Of a DNA stretch of 64,000 nt, positions 37,493 to 47,696 are shown one piece after another. Position numbers and translations under genes: made by a program. Numbering within the stretch: position 1 is the first letter of the stretch; the number at the start of each line of letters is the position of its first letter. Source of the stretch: an uncultured delta proteobacterium. Lineage in GTDB: Bacteria > Desulfobacterota > Desulfobacteria > Desulfobacterales > JAHEIW01. The notes below the pieces were generated by a model, which made no database searches, had not been told where the DNA came from, and saw only the letters and a program-made list of their open reading frames with translations. The DNA is taken from positions 384,001-448,000 of the forward strand of contig CAVPNL010000015.1 of the NCBI GenBank assembly GCA_963706575.1, in the 5' to 3' direction.

Positions 37493-40400
37493 ATGAAATG
37501 CCCAAAGTGTCAGTTTGAAAATCCTGAAGGGATGAAGTTTTGTGGCGGATGCGGGAAAAAATTGGAACAATTTTGCCCCAGCTGCAATTTTTCAAACCCC
37601 CCTCAATTTTCTTTTTGCGGTAACTGCGGCCAAGATATTAACAAGCCTTCTGTAAAGGCGGTTAAAGATCTCTCCGTGGATGAACAAATTCAAAAGATCC
37701 AACGTTATCTTCCCAAAGGAATTGCGGAAAAAATATTATCCCAAAAAGACCGAATTGAAGGTGAACGGAAACAGGTCACCGTAATGTTCTGTGACATGGA
37801 GGGCTTTACAACCTTATCCGAATCATTAGGCCCCGAAGAAGCTTACGCCATAATGGACCAGATTTACGAAATCCTTATCCAAAAGGTTCATGATTATGAA
37901 GGCACGGTCAATGAAATGACCGGTGATGGGATCATGGCGTTGTTTGGTGCTCCCATAACCTTGGAAGATGCCCCACAGCGCGCTATCCGCTCAGCCCATG
38001 CCATTCATCGCGAGGTGGCCAGGTTCAGTGAAAAGATTAAACGAGAAGGAAGTATTACCACGTCAATTCGGATGCGTGTCGGCATTCACACAGGTCCGGT
38101 GGTGGTCGGCACTTTAGGTAACAACCTGCGAGTTGAATTCAAAGCGGTTGGAGATACAGTCAACCTAGCTTCAAGAATGGAAGGCTTGGCAGCGCCCGGG
38201 ACAACTTATGTTACGGAACAGACATTTAAACAAACAGAAGGCCTTTTTCGATTTGAAGCGCTGGGAAAAAAGATAATTAAAGGCAAAGGAGATCCTGTCG
38301 CCGTCTATCGTGTAATCGCGCCCAGCACCCGGAAAACGCGTTTTGACGTGAGCGCTGAGAGAGGTCTTACGGATTTCGTCGGAAGAGAGCGTGAGCTTGA
38401 ACTTTTGATGGATGGATTTGAACGGGCCAGTTCAGGTAAAGGACAGGCATTCTCAATTATGGCCGAAGCTGGGGTTGGGAAATCCAGACTCTTATATGAG
38501 TTCCGAAAGGCCATCGCAAACGAAGATGTGACCTTTTTGGAAGGACGATGTCTTTCTTACAGCAGAGGTGAAGCTTATCATCCCGTGATCGATATTCTCA
38601 AGGCAAACTTTGATATTCAGGAAGGAGGTGGCGACTTAGACATCAGAAAGAAGATCGCAGCCGGCCTAAAAGCATTGGGGGTTGATGAGTCCTCTAACCT
38701 TCCTTATCTATTGGAGCTTCTATCAATAAAAGAAACGACTTTCCAAAAGACGGGTATGACGCCTGCGATACGGAAAGACAGGATTAATGAAGCATTAAAG
38801 CGAATCTGTCTCAGGGGTTCAGAGGTCAGACCGCTTATCATGGCGTTTGAAGATCTTCACTGGATTGACAAAAGCTCTGAAGATTCCTTGAAGAATTGGT
38901 TGGACAGCATTTTTGGAGCACGGGTTCTGCTGGTATTCACCTACCGCCCGGATTACGTGCTCACCTGGGGTGGAAGGTCCTACCACAACCAGATTAATTT
39001 AAACAGGCTTTCGAATCGCGAAAGCCTGAAAATGGCCTATCATCTTTTTGGAACACAGTCGCTTGATAAAAATCTTGAGGAGTTCCTTCTGGAAAAGACA
39101 GAAGGCGTCCCCTTTTTCATAGAGGAGACGATAAGGTCACTAAAAGATCTTAAAATTATTGAAAGAAAAAACGGCACATATGTTCTTGCAAAAGATATTC
39201 GTGACGTGACCGTTCCTTCCACAATCCATGATGTGATTATGGCAAGAGTCGACACGCTTCCCGAGGGTGCAAAAGAAATGCTTCGAACAGGATCTGCTAT
39301 CGAACGCGAGTTCAGCTACGAATTGATTAGTCGCTTAATGGACATCCCTGAACAAGAATTACTTTCTCATTTGTCCGTTTTAAAGAATTCAGAACTAATT
39401 TACGAGCGAGGAATATACCCTCAATCAATCTGTATTTTCAAACATGCACTGACCCGCGAGGTGGTCTATGACTCCATAATGACCAATAGAAAAAAAATGC
39501 TTCATGAAAAAATTGGCGATGTTATGGTGGAATTTTATAAAGACAACTTAGATGAATATTATGCGATTTTAGCCGAGCAGTATATGAGGAGTGAGAACTA
39601 TTCAAAGTGTGCTGATTACTCTATAAAAGCAGGAGACAAGGCCGTTGGTGTTTTCGCCTGGCATGAGGCCCAAAAACACTATGAGACAGCCTTAATAAAT
39701 TTAGATGAGGAAAATGCAAAGCAAAGGGCTGACATACTAAAAAAACTGGCTGTCGTCACACAATCCGAACTGGATGCCGATGCCAGTCTCAAATACGCTC
39801 AAGCGGCTCTGAATCTTTATGAAAAGCTCGACGACAAATCCAACAAATTAGACGTACTGATGCACATCCAAACTATATATTCAGGCGGATATTTGGATGG
39901 CTCCAAGGAGGACAAGGCCTTGGAATATTTGGAACAGGCTGCAGCCATAGTTGAGAATGAACCTGACACGCAAGAAAAGGGGCTTATTTACCAGCGTACA
40001 GCTCACCTTTACCTTCATCGGGGGCAGCCTGCCACCACCCTTGCCTGGTCCCGGAAGGCCGTTAACCTCTTCACAAAACTAGGGGTGCAGATGGGAACGT
40101 CTCTGGGGACTGCTTTGACATATACCGGATGTATAGAGGATGGATTTATTTACAATGAAAAAAACTGGGATCCTGTTCTCAAGGCCGGCAACCCACTGAT
40201 TATGGCGATACTGGGGCATGAGCTTATACTTACCATGGCTTTGCTGCGAGACGTTCCAGGGGGCCGCGAGTGGGGTGAGCGAGTTCTTCCCGAAGTCGCA
40301 AAGGCCGGTGATAGGTTCGAAGGTTTTATACAGCGTCCATTGGCCTTAATATATGCCCTATCTGGTGAGGCCCTAAAAGCCGATGCAGCTTGCCGGGCGG

Positions 40401-41083
40401 AAAAAAGAATAGAAAGCAAGACGCTTATGAGCTGTTTTTTCGAAGATGCTGCCTGTATCGGATTCCACTTTCTCCGACAAGGCAAATGGAATCAAGCAAG
40501 AAGGTATTTGGAGTGGGCGATTCCGATCCATAAAGAAAGAAACAATGTTGCCGCTATTAGTGCGTGCTATTTCATTTTAGGCAGTCTCGAATTAGCGCAA
40601 AAGAAATATTCTCAAGCCGAAACACATTTATTGTCGAGCCTCGATATCTGCCGCAAGGGGGGTAATATCATTTTCGAGCTTTGGGTGCTTCCGTTGTTGT
40701 GTGAGCTCTATGTAAATACAGTTCAATATGAAAAAGCTTCGGAATGTACGGAGAGGGGCTTTAAACTACTTCATCCTGACCAAAATTGGCATGGTCTTGC
40801 CGCCCCGATATATCTAGCCAAGGCAATGATAAAGACAAAACAACAGAATTGGGAGATGGCAACCAAATTTTTTGATAAAGCCATTCATATCAATAGGCAA
40901 TACGAGCTTTTGTGGGATGAGGCCAAGACGAATTACGAATGGGGACGTATGTATTTTGCAAGGAATCAAAAAGGGGATATGAAAACTGCTGGTGAAAAGT
41001 TTTCATTATCCGTCGATATATTCACAAAAATTGGGGCAAAAAAAGATGTTGATAAAGCCTTGGCGGAGAGAGATCTGCTGTGA
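37493..41083 (+). CDS. Class III adenylate/guanylate cyclase with double zinc ribbon, AAA/STAND ATPase and TPR-like C-terminus
   Basis: Four CxxC, ERKQVTVMFCD, GDGIMALFGAP, GDTVNLASRM, Walker A AEAGVGKS, Walker B AFEDLHW, FKHALTRE. Confidence 0.92.
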   Translation: MKCPKCQFENPEGMKFCGGCGKKLEQFCPSCNFSNPPQFSFCGNCGQDINKPSVKAVKDLSVDEQIQKIQRYLPKGIAEKILSQKDRIEGERKQVTVMFCDMEGFTTLSESLGPEEAYAIMDQIYEILIQKVHDYEGTVNEMTGDGIMALFGAPITLEDAPQRAIRSAHAIHREVARFSEKIKREGSITTSIRMRVGIHTGPVVVGTLGNNLRVEFKAVGDTVNLASRMEGLAAPGTTYVTEQTFKQTEGLFRFEALGKKIIKGKGDPVAVYRVIAPSTRKTRFDVSAERGLTDFVGRERELELLMDGFERASSGKGQAFSIMAEAGVGKSRLLYEFRKAIANEDVTFLEGRCLSYSRGEAYHPVIDILKANFDIQEGGGDLDIRKKIAAGLKALGVDESSNLPYLLELLSIKETTFQKTGMTPAIRKDRINEALKRICLRGSEVRPLIMAFEDLHWIDKSSEDSLKNWLDSIFGARVLLVFTYRPDYVLTWGGRSYHNQINLNRLSNRESLKMAYHLFGTQSLDKNLEEFLLEKTEGVPFFIEETIRSLKDLKIIERKNGTYVLAKDIRDVTVPSTIHDVIMARVDTLPEGAKEMLRTGSAIEREFSYELISRLMDIPEQELLSHLSVLKNSELIYERGIYPQSICIFKHALTREVVYDSIMTNRKKMLHEKIGDVMVEFYKDNLDEYYAILAEQYMRSENYSKCADYSIKAGDKAVGVFAWHEAQKHYETALINLDEENAKQRADILKKLAVVTQSELDADASLKYAQAALNLYEKLDDKSNKLDVLMHIQTIYSGGYLDGSKEDKALEYLEQAAAIVENEPDTQEKGLIYQRTAHLYLHRGQPATTLAWSRKAVNLFTKLGVQMGTSLGTALTYTGCIEDGFIYNEKNWDPVLKAGNPLIMAILGHELILTMALLRDVPGGREWGERVLPEVAKAGDRFEGFIQRPLALIYALSGEALKADAACRAEKRIESKTLMSCFFEDAACIGFHFLRQGKWNQARRYLEWAIPIHKERNNVAAISACYFILGSLELAQKKYSQAETHLLSSLDICRKGGNIIFELWVLPLLCELYVNTVQYEKASECTERGFKLLHPDQNWHGLAAPIYLAKAMIKTKQQNWEMATKFFDKAIHINRQYELLWDEAKTNYEWGRMYFARNQKGDMKTAGEKFSLSVDIFTKIGAKKDVDKALAERDLL

Positions 41084-41143
41084 CACGGCCCATTGCATGA
41101 ATCTGCAATTTCGATGATATTAATACTTTGTGATCTGATGCTT

Positions 41144-42148
41144 CTATAGGTTGTCCAGCAGGGCCCACTCAATAAACTGCCAATCCACCTCCCATGAGTG
41201 CTGCCCGTATCCGCCGGCGGTCACATATGCCCGCGGAATTCTTTTATCTTTTAAGTAATGGTAGACGAGAAGATCTCGTTCTTTTAGCTGCTTCAGCGAC
41301 AGTTTCAGCTCGCCGGTCGAAGGCAGTTCATCTTTCTCATAGGGATCCGATCCAGCCAGGACAATTGCCAGATCAGGTGGTCCGATACCGGCAAGCTTTT
41401 CAAGCCCATCTTGCAGTTTTGTGACATATAAATGCTCCTCGCCGGCGGCGACCGGGATATCAATGTCGCTGGGAACAAACGACGGATTCAATCTACCCTG
41501 GTGATCGTAAGCTTCACCATCCAGCGGCCAGCCCCGGGCCATATGAATACTGAGTGTCGTAATCGAGCTGTCATCCTGGGTTAACACCGCTGTTCCATCC
41601 CCTTTGTGAGCATCCAGATCGATTACCAGGGCGGTGCGAATCAAATTTTCCGCCTGCAACTTGCGCACAGCGACCACGATATCATTTACCATGCAAAAAC
41701 CGGCACCGTAATCTCTTTTGGCATGGTGCATACCACCGCCAAAGGCAAAACAAAATTCTTTTTCAAGGGCCAGCCGGCAGCATTGCACAGTCCCAGCCAC
41801 TTTAAAAAGTAAACGCTCAAAAAGTTCTGTCAGGGGGTGGGTGGCGATATCCGGATTGTAGCGATAGTACCGGCCCTTTTCATCGATCAGTTCAAAGGTT
41901 CTGATAATCTCATCTTCGAGCTTATTGGTGTATAATCGGGTAACATATTCATCGGAATGCACCCGCAGCAGATCCTTGCGGGTGATGGTTTCGGTGATGC
42001 TGCTGATAAGCCACCGGTCGATGTTGGGGCCCAAAATTTCATGTTCCTTCAACTTTTCGAATGTGCGGGCGGCCCGGCTGTGGTGGATCGGAATTTCAAT
42101 GCCGAATTCTGTCAGGCCTTCTTTTAGATTTTTATCATAAATAATCAT
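41144..42148 (-). CDS. Histone deacetylase family (Zn-dependent deacylase)
   Basis: GGGMHHA, GFCMVND, IDLDAHKGDGT, SIH, AGSDP, AGGY. Confidence 0.92.
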   Translation of the reverse strand: MIIYDKNLKEGLTEFGIEIPIHHSRAARTFEKLKEHEILGPNIDRWLISSITETITRKDLLRVHSDEYVTRLYTNKLEDEIIRTFELIDEKGRYYRYNPDIATHPLTELFERLLFKVAGTVQCCRLALEKEFCFAFGGGMHHAKRDYGAGFCMVNDIVVAVRKLQAENLIRTALVIDLDAHKGDGTAVLTQDDSSITTLSIHMARGWPLDGEAYDHQGRLNPSFVPSDIDIPVAAGEEHLYVTKLQDGLEKLAGIGPPDLAIVLAGSDPYEKDELPSTGELKLSLKQLKERDLLVYHYLKDKRIPRAYVTAGGYGQHSWEVDWQFIEWALLDNL

Positions 42149-42159
42149 ATCACTATAAG

Positions 42160-42416
42160 GTTTCAGGTTTCGGGCCTTCGCCGCGTCCCGCTTTGGAGCG
42201 GGACTGCGGCCGCGCAGGCGGATGTTAGGTCTGAAAACATAGGACTGAGTGCTGAGGTCTGAGGTATATCGAAATAAAAAGTGCGGAAATGGCGGTGCCA
42301 GCTCATGACGGAAACCGACACGTCATGTTGATATGGTCGGGGCGCCAAGCAGGCTTTTTTGCTCAGTCTTCAGTCCTCAGCACTCATTACTGATCTATTG
42401 ACCCTGAACACCTGAT
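42160..42416. repeat. Nested degenerate inverted repeats (TCAGG/CCTGA and CTGAG/CTCAG units)
   Basis: GGACTGAGTGCTGAGGTCTGAG (42242-42263) versus CTCAGTCTTCAGTCCTCAGCACTC (42362-42385), inside TCAGGTTTC...CCCTGAACACCTGA. Confidence 0.6.
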
Positions 42417-42488
42417 ACTTATCAATATTAGGATATCGCAACCAACAAAAAGAACTTAATACCGAAATAGGGAGCAAACAACCTTCTT

Positions 42489-42517
42489 TTGACAATCTTG
42501 TGAATATTCTTTATAGT
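42489..42517 (+). promoter_or_regulatory. sigma70-type promoter upstream of the TrfA-like gene
   Basis: TTGACA-17 bp-TATAGT. Confidence 0.6.
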
Positions 42518-42704
42518 TACAGCAACCAACCTGGCCGTCCCAAAAATAAACCTACACAGAATCGATGCTATAAGCGGGCTGCTTTTTTGAAGCCAATTCA
42601 ATTACATTCTTTTGCCTGAGGTATGTTTAATTGCTGATTTAGTGTTATGCCGCAAAAAATTGTCTAAAATAATATTAAGAAGTACCGAGGCATGTTATCC
42701 ATCT

Positions 42705-42769
42705 GACATTCCCGCGCAGGCGGGAATCCAGGCGTCTTTGAACTGGACTCCCGCCTGCGCGGGAGTGAC
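42705..42769. repeat. REP-like palindrome pair (ATTCCC-N8-GGGAAT type)
   Basis: GACATTCCCGCGCAGGCGGGAATCCAG paired with CTGGACTCCCGCCTGCGCGGGAGTGAC. Confidence 0.8.
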
Positions 42770-42847
42770 CCTCATTTTGTAGCTTATTTGTAGGACACAA
42801 CACTAGCCCCGCATTAAAAAGATCATTGTTGAAATAAGGAGATTTCC

Positions 42848-43813
42848 ATGCCGGACAGGGATAAACAGGATTCGATTCAGCCAGAACTTTCAAAACCAAC
42901 CGGAAATGTCATCGGCACCCTGGAACCGAAGCTTACCGGAAAACAAATTATTAAGGAAGCTGCCAGATATGTGAATGAACATATCAGCCGCCAGCCGCCG
43001 GTGCAGCGGTTTTTTAGCTTTATGCCCACCATGTTGACCCGGGTTTCACCCTTTCATTTTAAAGGCCGCCATAAATCAAACGAATGGCCGCTGGTGCGCC
43101 TGGACTCCGGCGAAAACAATTCCTGGGGAGGCATGCAGGTTGTCGGTGAGCTGCTGATTATTTTCGATGAAACCATCTTATTTTGTCTCCTGGCGCTCAT
43201 GACGAAATATGAAAGAGATGCTTTTGAGACCTCCCACACAGAACTGGCCCGAATGGCCGGCATCGAACCCACACCCAAAAACGCCGCTGAAATCTGGAAA
43301 AGTATTCAACGGCTGGCCGGAACCCGAATTGACCTGCGGCTCTCCAGAGGCAAAGGGAAAAAAAGAAAAACGTTAAAAGAATTGACCGGCTCGATCCTCA
43401 GCTTTGCGGATAAAGATCAGGGCAGCGGAAAAATCCGGATTGTCGTTAACCCTTATTTCCTGGAGATGTATACGGAAAGTTTTGTGACCAACATTGATAT
43501 GGTTTTCAGAAACCGCTTAAAATCGGATATCAGCAAAGCATTTTATCGTTTCTACCAAGGTCAGTACAAGACCGAATCGCAAACCGAAATCACCCGGTTG
43601 GCCCGGGCCGTAAATCTGAATATCGGACAGGAAATGAATCAGTTGAAATCAAAGGTGCGGACAGGGCTAAAAGAACTGAAGGAGAAGGGGTATCTGGAAG
43701 CCTATGAGGTCACCAGGGATGATCGGGTGATGGTTTCGAAAAGCAAGGATGCGGCCGTCAAATTAGAGAGTCAGATTCTGGGCAAAGCCAATATAGAATA
43801 TTTTATCGATTAA
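42848..43813 (+). CDS. TrfA/RepA-like winged-helix replication initiator homolog
   Basis: GELLxxFDETI, F.TS..ELAR.AG, SIQRL, GSIL, VNPYF..MY....T.ID...R..L....SKAFYRFY, KVR.GL.EL...GYL follow the pattern of TrfA-family initiators as I recall it; AGGAG RBS. Confidence 0.6.
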   Translation: MPDRDKQDSIQPELSKPTGNVIGTLEPKLTGKQIIKEAARYVNEHISRQPPVQRFFSFMPTMLTRVSPFHFKGRHKSNEWPLVRLDSGENNSWGGMQVVGELLIIFDETILFCLLALMTKYERDAFETSHTELARMAGIEPTPKNAAEIWKSIQRLAGTRIDLRLSRGKGKKRKTLKELTGSILSFADKDQGSGKIRIVVNPYFLEMYTESFVTNIDMVFRNRLKSDISKAFYRFYQGQYKTESQTEITRLARAVNLNIGQEMNQLKSKVRTGLKELKEKGYLEAYEVTRDDRVMVSKSKDAAVKLESQILGKANIEYFID

Positions 43814-43937
43814 CAGACTACGGTTATGCCGAACACCGCAAATATGGGCGATAATTTGGAGATGACCGCGAAGTTCACGAAGGATATGTGTTCAGCAGAT
43901 TAAAGGATTTAGCAATAATCTTTGTACATCTTTTAGC

Positions 43938-44492
43938 TTACGCTGCCTTGGTCTTGATGATCCGAAAGGTATTCAGAATGTTTCTAAAGTCACCAATATC
44001 CCTTTGAAAGTAAATCCGATCCGCTGCCGTAAACCGGAGGTTAAAAAAAGTATCCTCTTTTATAAAACCATAATAAAGCGTTTTATACACCTGGCCTTCG
44101 GAGTCCTTGTAAGTATATAAGATCTTAAAGCCTTCATGCCCCTTGATGGCGGCCGGCGTATTATTCAGAATCCTTAAACTCATCAGATTCTGATCGGATA
44201 TCAGCTCATCAATAATAATCTGGGCCGCCTCTTCCGGCAACATTTCCTTTTGGATTTTCTTTTTGGTATTCTGAAACGATCTGCTGATGGGGCGGTTTTG
44301 AACCATAATATATTGCAGAAAGGGGTTTTCTTTGGTGACAAACAGATATCGGTTGTTGTCTATTTTTCGCCAGCCTTCGGGGATGTCAATCGTAAAACTG
44401 TAAGAAGCCGGCTTCGATATTCCGCCGGTATGAGCACAGGCCATACAGCCTGCCACAAACAAAAACAGGATGATCCACACATATTTTTTCAT
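43938..44492 (-). CDS. Putative lipoprotein (PsbP/DcrB-like fold suspected)
   Basis: MKKYVWIILFLFVAGC lipobox; IDIPEGW motif; start overlaps the upstream stop (TAATG). Confidence 0.7.
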   Translation of the reverse strand: MKKYVWIILFLFVAGCMACAHTGGISKPASYSFTIDIPEGWRKIDNNRYLFVTKENPFLQYIMVQNRPISRSFQNTKKKIQKEMLPEEAAQIIIDELISDQNLMSLRILNNTPAAIKGHEGFKILYTYKDSEGQVYKTLYYGFIKEDTFFNLRFTAADRIYFQRDIGDFRNILNTFRIIKTKAA

Positions 44493-45730
44493 TATCCTTC
44501 CTCGCTGAGCGTGCATTGCCTTAAGTATCCCTGAATATAGGCTTTGTCCGGAGCGTTGGGCGAAAGCTGCAGACACGACTCAAAAAATTTTTTGGCCAGC
44601 GCGTGGTGACCTTTTTTATAATGGATTAACCCGATGGCTTTGTGGGGAGCTGCATAACCCGGATCCAGGGTGATGGCGCGGTTGTAGTTTCTGAGCGCCA
44701 TGTGGGTATCTGTAACCTGCCCCTGCTGTCTGTAGATTTCTCCGAGTAAAAAAAAGGCCCGGCTGTCATCCGGTTTAACCTGCAAAAATTTTTCAATACC
44801 CCGCTTGGCGGCCTGAAACCGTCCCAACCGGATATCCAATCTGGCATTATCTAAATACAACTGCCCCAGTTTTGCAAAATATATTTCGCGGTTTTTAATT
44901 GCAGACCTTTTATTTAAGTATACAGGATCGGGCAGATTTTGCAAATTATCAACTCGCTGCCGGACCGTGGGGTGGCTTCCGAAAAAGAAAGGTTCCTCGA
45001 GTTCCTCCCGTTCAATTTCGGTGATCATATGGTCAAAAAGAAAAAATGCCTCCTTCGGATTATAGCCTGCTGCGGTCATCAATTCAATTCCCAACCGATC
45101 CGCTTCAGACTCCAGTTCGCGGGCATATCCGCTGATGGCTGCCATCGCCCCGGTGACACCCAGATAACGGGCCATCTCCTGCAAACCCCTGGTTTTAAGC
45201 AGCGTGTGTTGAACGGCAGTTAAAAGGGCCGGTTGCTCTTTGTACTTTCGAAAGGCCCGCAGGGCGTGTCGTTGGGTGCAGTGGATCAACTCATGCGCCA
45301 GGACAGCTGCCAGCTGGTCTTCACTGTCCATTCGAGCCAACAACCCGGTATGAATATAAATCATTCCATTGGGGTAGGCGAAGGCATTCAGATAGGCATT
45401 CTTGATGACTTTCACTCGGATCACCAGATTTTCCGTTCCAGCTTGAGGCTTCAGCTTGGTCGCCACTGCATTTAAGTAGTCTTCAAGTTCCTGATCCGGG
45501 TAAATAAGGCCATTATCTTCAATGGCGAGTTGCTCTTGTTCAGATTTATGCCAGAGCATTTGCTCATCTTCATTCGTCAGCAGTGCATCAGGCATAAGAG
45601 AAACATTCGGTTTTGAATAGGTTGAGCAATTCGTTGCCAACGTGATGAAAAGCAGACAGGACAGGCAAAAGAAAAAATTGCTGCGTCCCGTGTCTATTTT
45701 TGCCTTTTTGATGAAGGTTGCGTTCCGCAT
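44492..45730 (-). CDS. M48 family metalloprotease with TPR repeats (BepA-like)
   Basis: NAFAYPNG, AVLAHELIH, ELESEAD, SHP, C-terminal TPRs; N-terminal hydrophobic segment. Confidence 0.9.
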   Translation of the reverse strand: MRNATFIKKAKIDTGRSNFFFCLSCLLFITLATNCSTYSKPNVSLMPDALLTNEDEQMLWHKSEQEQLAIEDNGLIYPDQELEDYLNAVATKLKPQAGTENLVIRVKVIKNAYLNAFAYPNGMIYIHTGLLARMDSEDQLAAVLAHELIHCTQRHALRAFRKYKEQPALLTAVQHTLLKTRGLQEMARYLGVTGAMAAISGYARELESEADRLGIELMTAAGYNPKEAFFLFDHMITEIEREELEEPFFFGSHPTVRQRVDNLQNLPDPVYLNKRSAIKNREIYFAKLGQLYLDNARLDIRLGRFQAAKRGIEKFLQVKPDDSRAFFLLGEIYRQQGQVTDTHMALRNYNRAITLDPGYAAPHKAIGLIHYKKGHHALAKKFFESCLQLSPNAPDKAYIQGYLRQCTLSEEG

Positions 45731-45828
45731 AGCCAAAGAAGTAAATCCTATTTATTATTAATATCAACTGGTTAAAATATTTTGTATTTGCTGCAGCAGT
45801 CGGAAAACAATTCTTGCGATATATTAAG

Positions 45829-45844
45829 AGCAAAAGTTGTGCCT
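45829..45844 (-). promoter_or_regulatory. sigma54 promoter for the M48-lipoprotein operon
   Basis: Reverse strand AGGCAC-AACTT-TTGCT (GG-N10-GC), about 100 bp upstream of the start. Confidence 0.6.
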
Positions 45845-46156
45845 GCCACGCAGAAATTAACGTCGGATGCCCAGTCCAGGTTTATAAGAACGCAGAGCGG
45901 GCATTAATTATTCATCGGTAATAACTGCACCAAACTTAAGGGTGTTATGCGGTCGGAAAAGGAAGGAAACGTCAGGAGGGTCTGTGGGGAATTTTGCTCA
46001 ACACTTCTACTCTTCTATACATATAGAAAAAAATCACTTTTTTTTTCTTCTAATCATTTTTTTTGTTGTCTTTTAGTAATTTATGTTTAATATATTCAGT
46101 ATCAATAATTTTTTTTCGAGCGTTGGGGGGCAGATTTTAAAAAAGGAGGAAAGAAA

Positions 46157-46363
46157 ATGAAAAAGCTAATTGTTTTACTCGCCATTGGGTTATTTCTCGC
46201 AGGATGCAGTTCCGAGTTTTACAAACACGATTCGCTGTTTAAAGACTGGGATCATGTTAAGTTTAGCTGGGGCGGATATAAAAATCCGACCGCCGAGCAT
46301 GCAAAAATGTCAGATGAACGCGGATGGTGGGGAGAAGAAATACCTTACATTCCTGCTGAATAA
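46157..46363 (+). CDS. Small lipoprotein, 68 aa
   Basis: MKKLIVLLAIGLFLAGC lipobox; AGGAGG RBS; aromatic-rich mature part. Confidence 0.82.
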   Translation: MKKLIVLLAIGLFLAGCSSEFYKHDSLFKDWDHVKFSWGGYKNPTAEHAKMSDERGWWGEEIPYIPAE

Positions 46364-46806
46364 CAGCAGCGTCTGGCTAAGAATGGTTAAACCGAATAAA
46401 AAACTTTTCTCTTTCTGCTAAAACCAGCCGCTCAATCTCAAAGATACTCTGGTATGCCGTGTTGGCGGTAAAGCGGTTTATGCAGATAAGATCCTGACGC
46501 CGACATCCGACAATAATCAAATTGTTTTAAAAAGGTGGTTCATGGGAAACGGCAGATGACCGATTTCTGGGGCCACCTTTTTAAGTCTTATCTTAATACC
46601 CATCTGAACCCATTAATATCCTGATTTTCACTTTTACGAATCCACCCAACTACTATATGTTGTGGTCCATCTTTCTTGACCCCCAACTTACATTACCATA
46701 TACTTTTTGACAATTGGTATCGTTTGGCCATATAAATACATTGGAAATGGTTTAAGGCACCAGCAGTGGTTTCAAAACCCCCTTTCAGCGTTTCGAGGCA
46801 TAAGAG

Positions 46807-47685
46807 ATGAGTTTTTCGCGGAATTGGATGGGAATTTTCTCGATCTTCTTTACCCTCGCTATTGCGGCAGCCTGCATCCCCAATAAGCAAATGACCGTGG
46901 GCTCCGCTGCAACGCTTCTGGAAGATGTCTCCAACTCTGCCAATAAGCAATCCGATCTAAGGGTTATCCGCGAAGGGATGCCCGCCTACCTCATGTTGAT
47001 TGACGGCATGGTCGAAGCTGTGCCGGACAATGCGCGCCTGCTGATAACCGCCGCTCAGGCCTACGCCTCATTCGCCTCCGCCTTTGTCGAAGATGCGGAC
47101 ACCGAATACGCGCGCACGCTCTATGAAAAGGCCAAAAAATATGCGCTGCGCGCGCTCGAACAGCGGGGTTTGAAACACCCGGTTTCAAAACCCTTTGACG
47201 GCTTCGAAGAAGCATTAAACCGGCTGGGCAAGGACGATGTCCCCTACATGTTCTGGGCGGCAATGTGCTGGGGAAGCTGGATCCGGTTAAGTTTAGGCTC
47301 GATGGCTGCCCTGGCCGAACTGCCCCGGGTAGAGACCTTAATGAAACGGGTGCTGGTGCTGGATGAACAATTCTACTTCGGCGGCCCCCATCTGTTTATG
47401 GGTATCTGGTTTGCCTCCAGGCCCAAAATGGCCGGGGGTGACTTAACCCGGGCGCAGCACCATTTCCAAAAAGCCCTGGAATTAAGCCAGGGCAAGTTTT
47501 TAATGACCCAGGTTTATTACGCCGACCAGTATGCCCGAAAAACCTTTGACAGGAATCTATTCGTGACCACCCTTCAGAATGTATTGGAGACTCCGGCCGA
47601 CAAAATACCGCAGTTAACATTGCTCAACACCGTGGCCCATAAAAGAGCAAAAGAACTGCTTGAACAGGTAGACGAATATTTTTAG
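46807..47685 (+). CDS. TRAP-associated TatT (TPAT T-component) lipoprotein
   Basis: Lipobox AAC; P.YL.LIDG...PDN, YASFASAF, FYFGGPH...RP.MAGGD; first gene of the TRAP operon. Confidence 0.82.
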   Translation: MSFSRNWMGIFSIFFTLAIAAACIPNKQMTVGSAATLLEDVSNSANKQSDLRVIREGMPAYLMLIDGMVEAVPDNARLLITAAQAYASFASAFVEDADTEYARTLYEKAKKYALRALEQRGLKHPVSKPFDGFEEALNRLGKDDVPYMFWAAMCWGSWIRLSLGSMAALAELPRVETLMKRVLVLDEQFYFGGPHLFMGIWFASRPKMAGGDLTRAQHHFQKALELSQGKFLMTQVYYADQYARKTFDRNLFVTTLQNVLETPADKIPQLTLLNTVAHKRAKELLEQVDEYF

Positions 47686-47696
47686 GAGACCTTCGT

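Noticed and set aside
42520..42705. Iterons or DnaA boxes for the TrfA-like gene
   Set aside because: No direct repeats seen; TTATCCATC has two mismatches to the DnaA box
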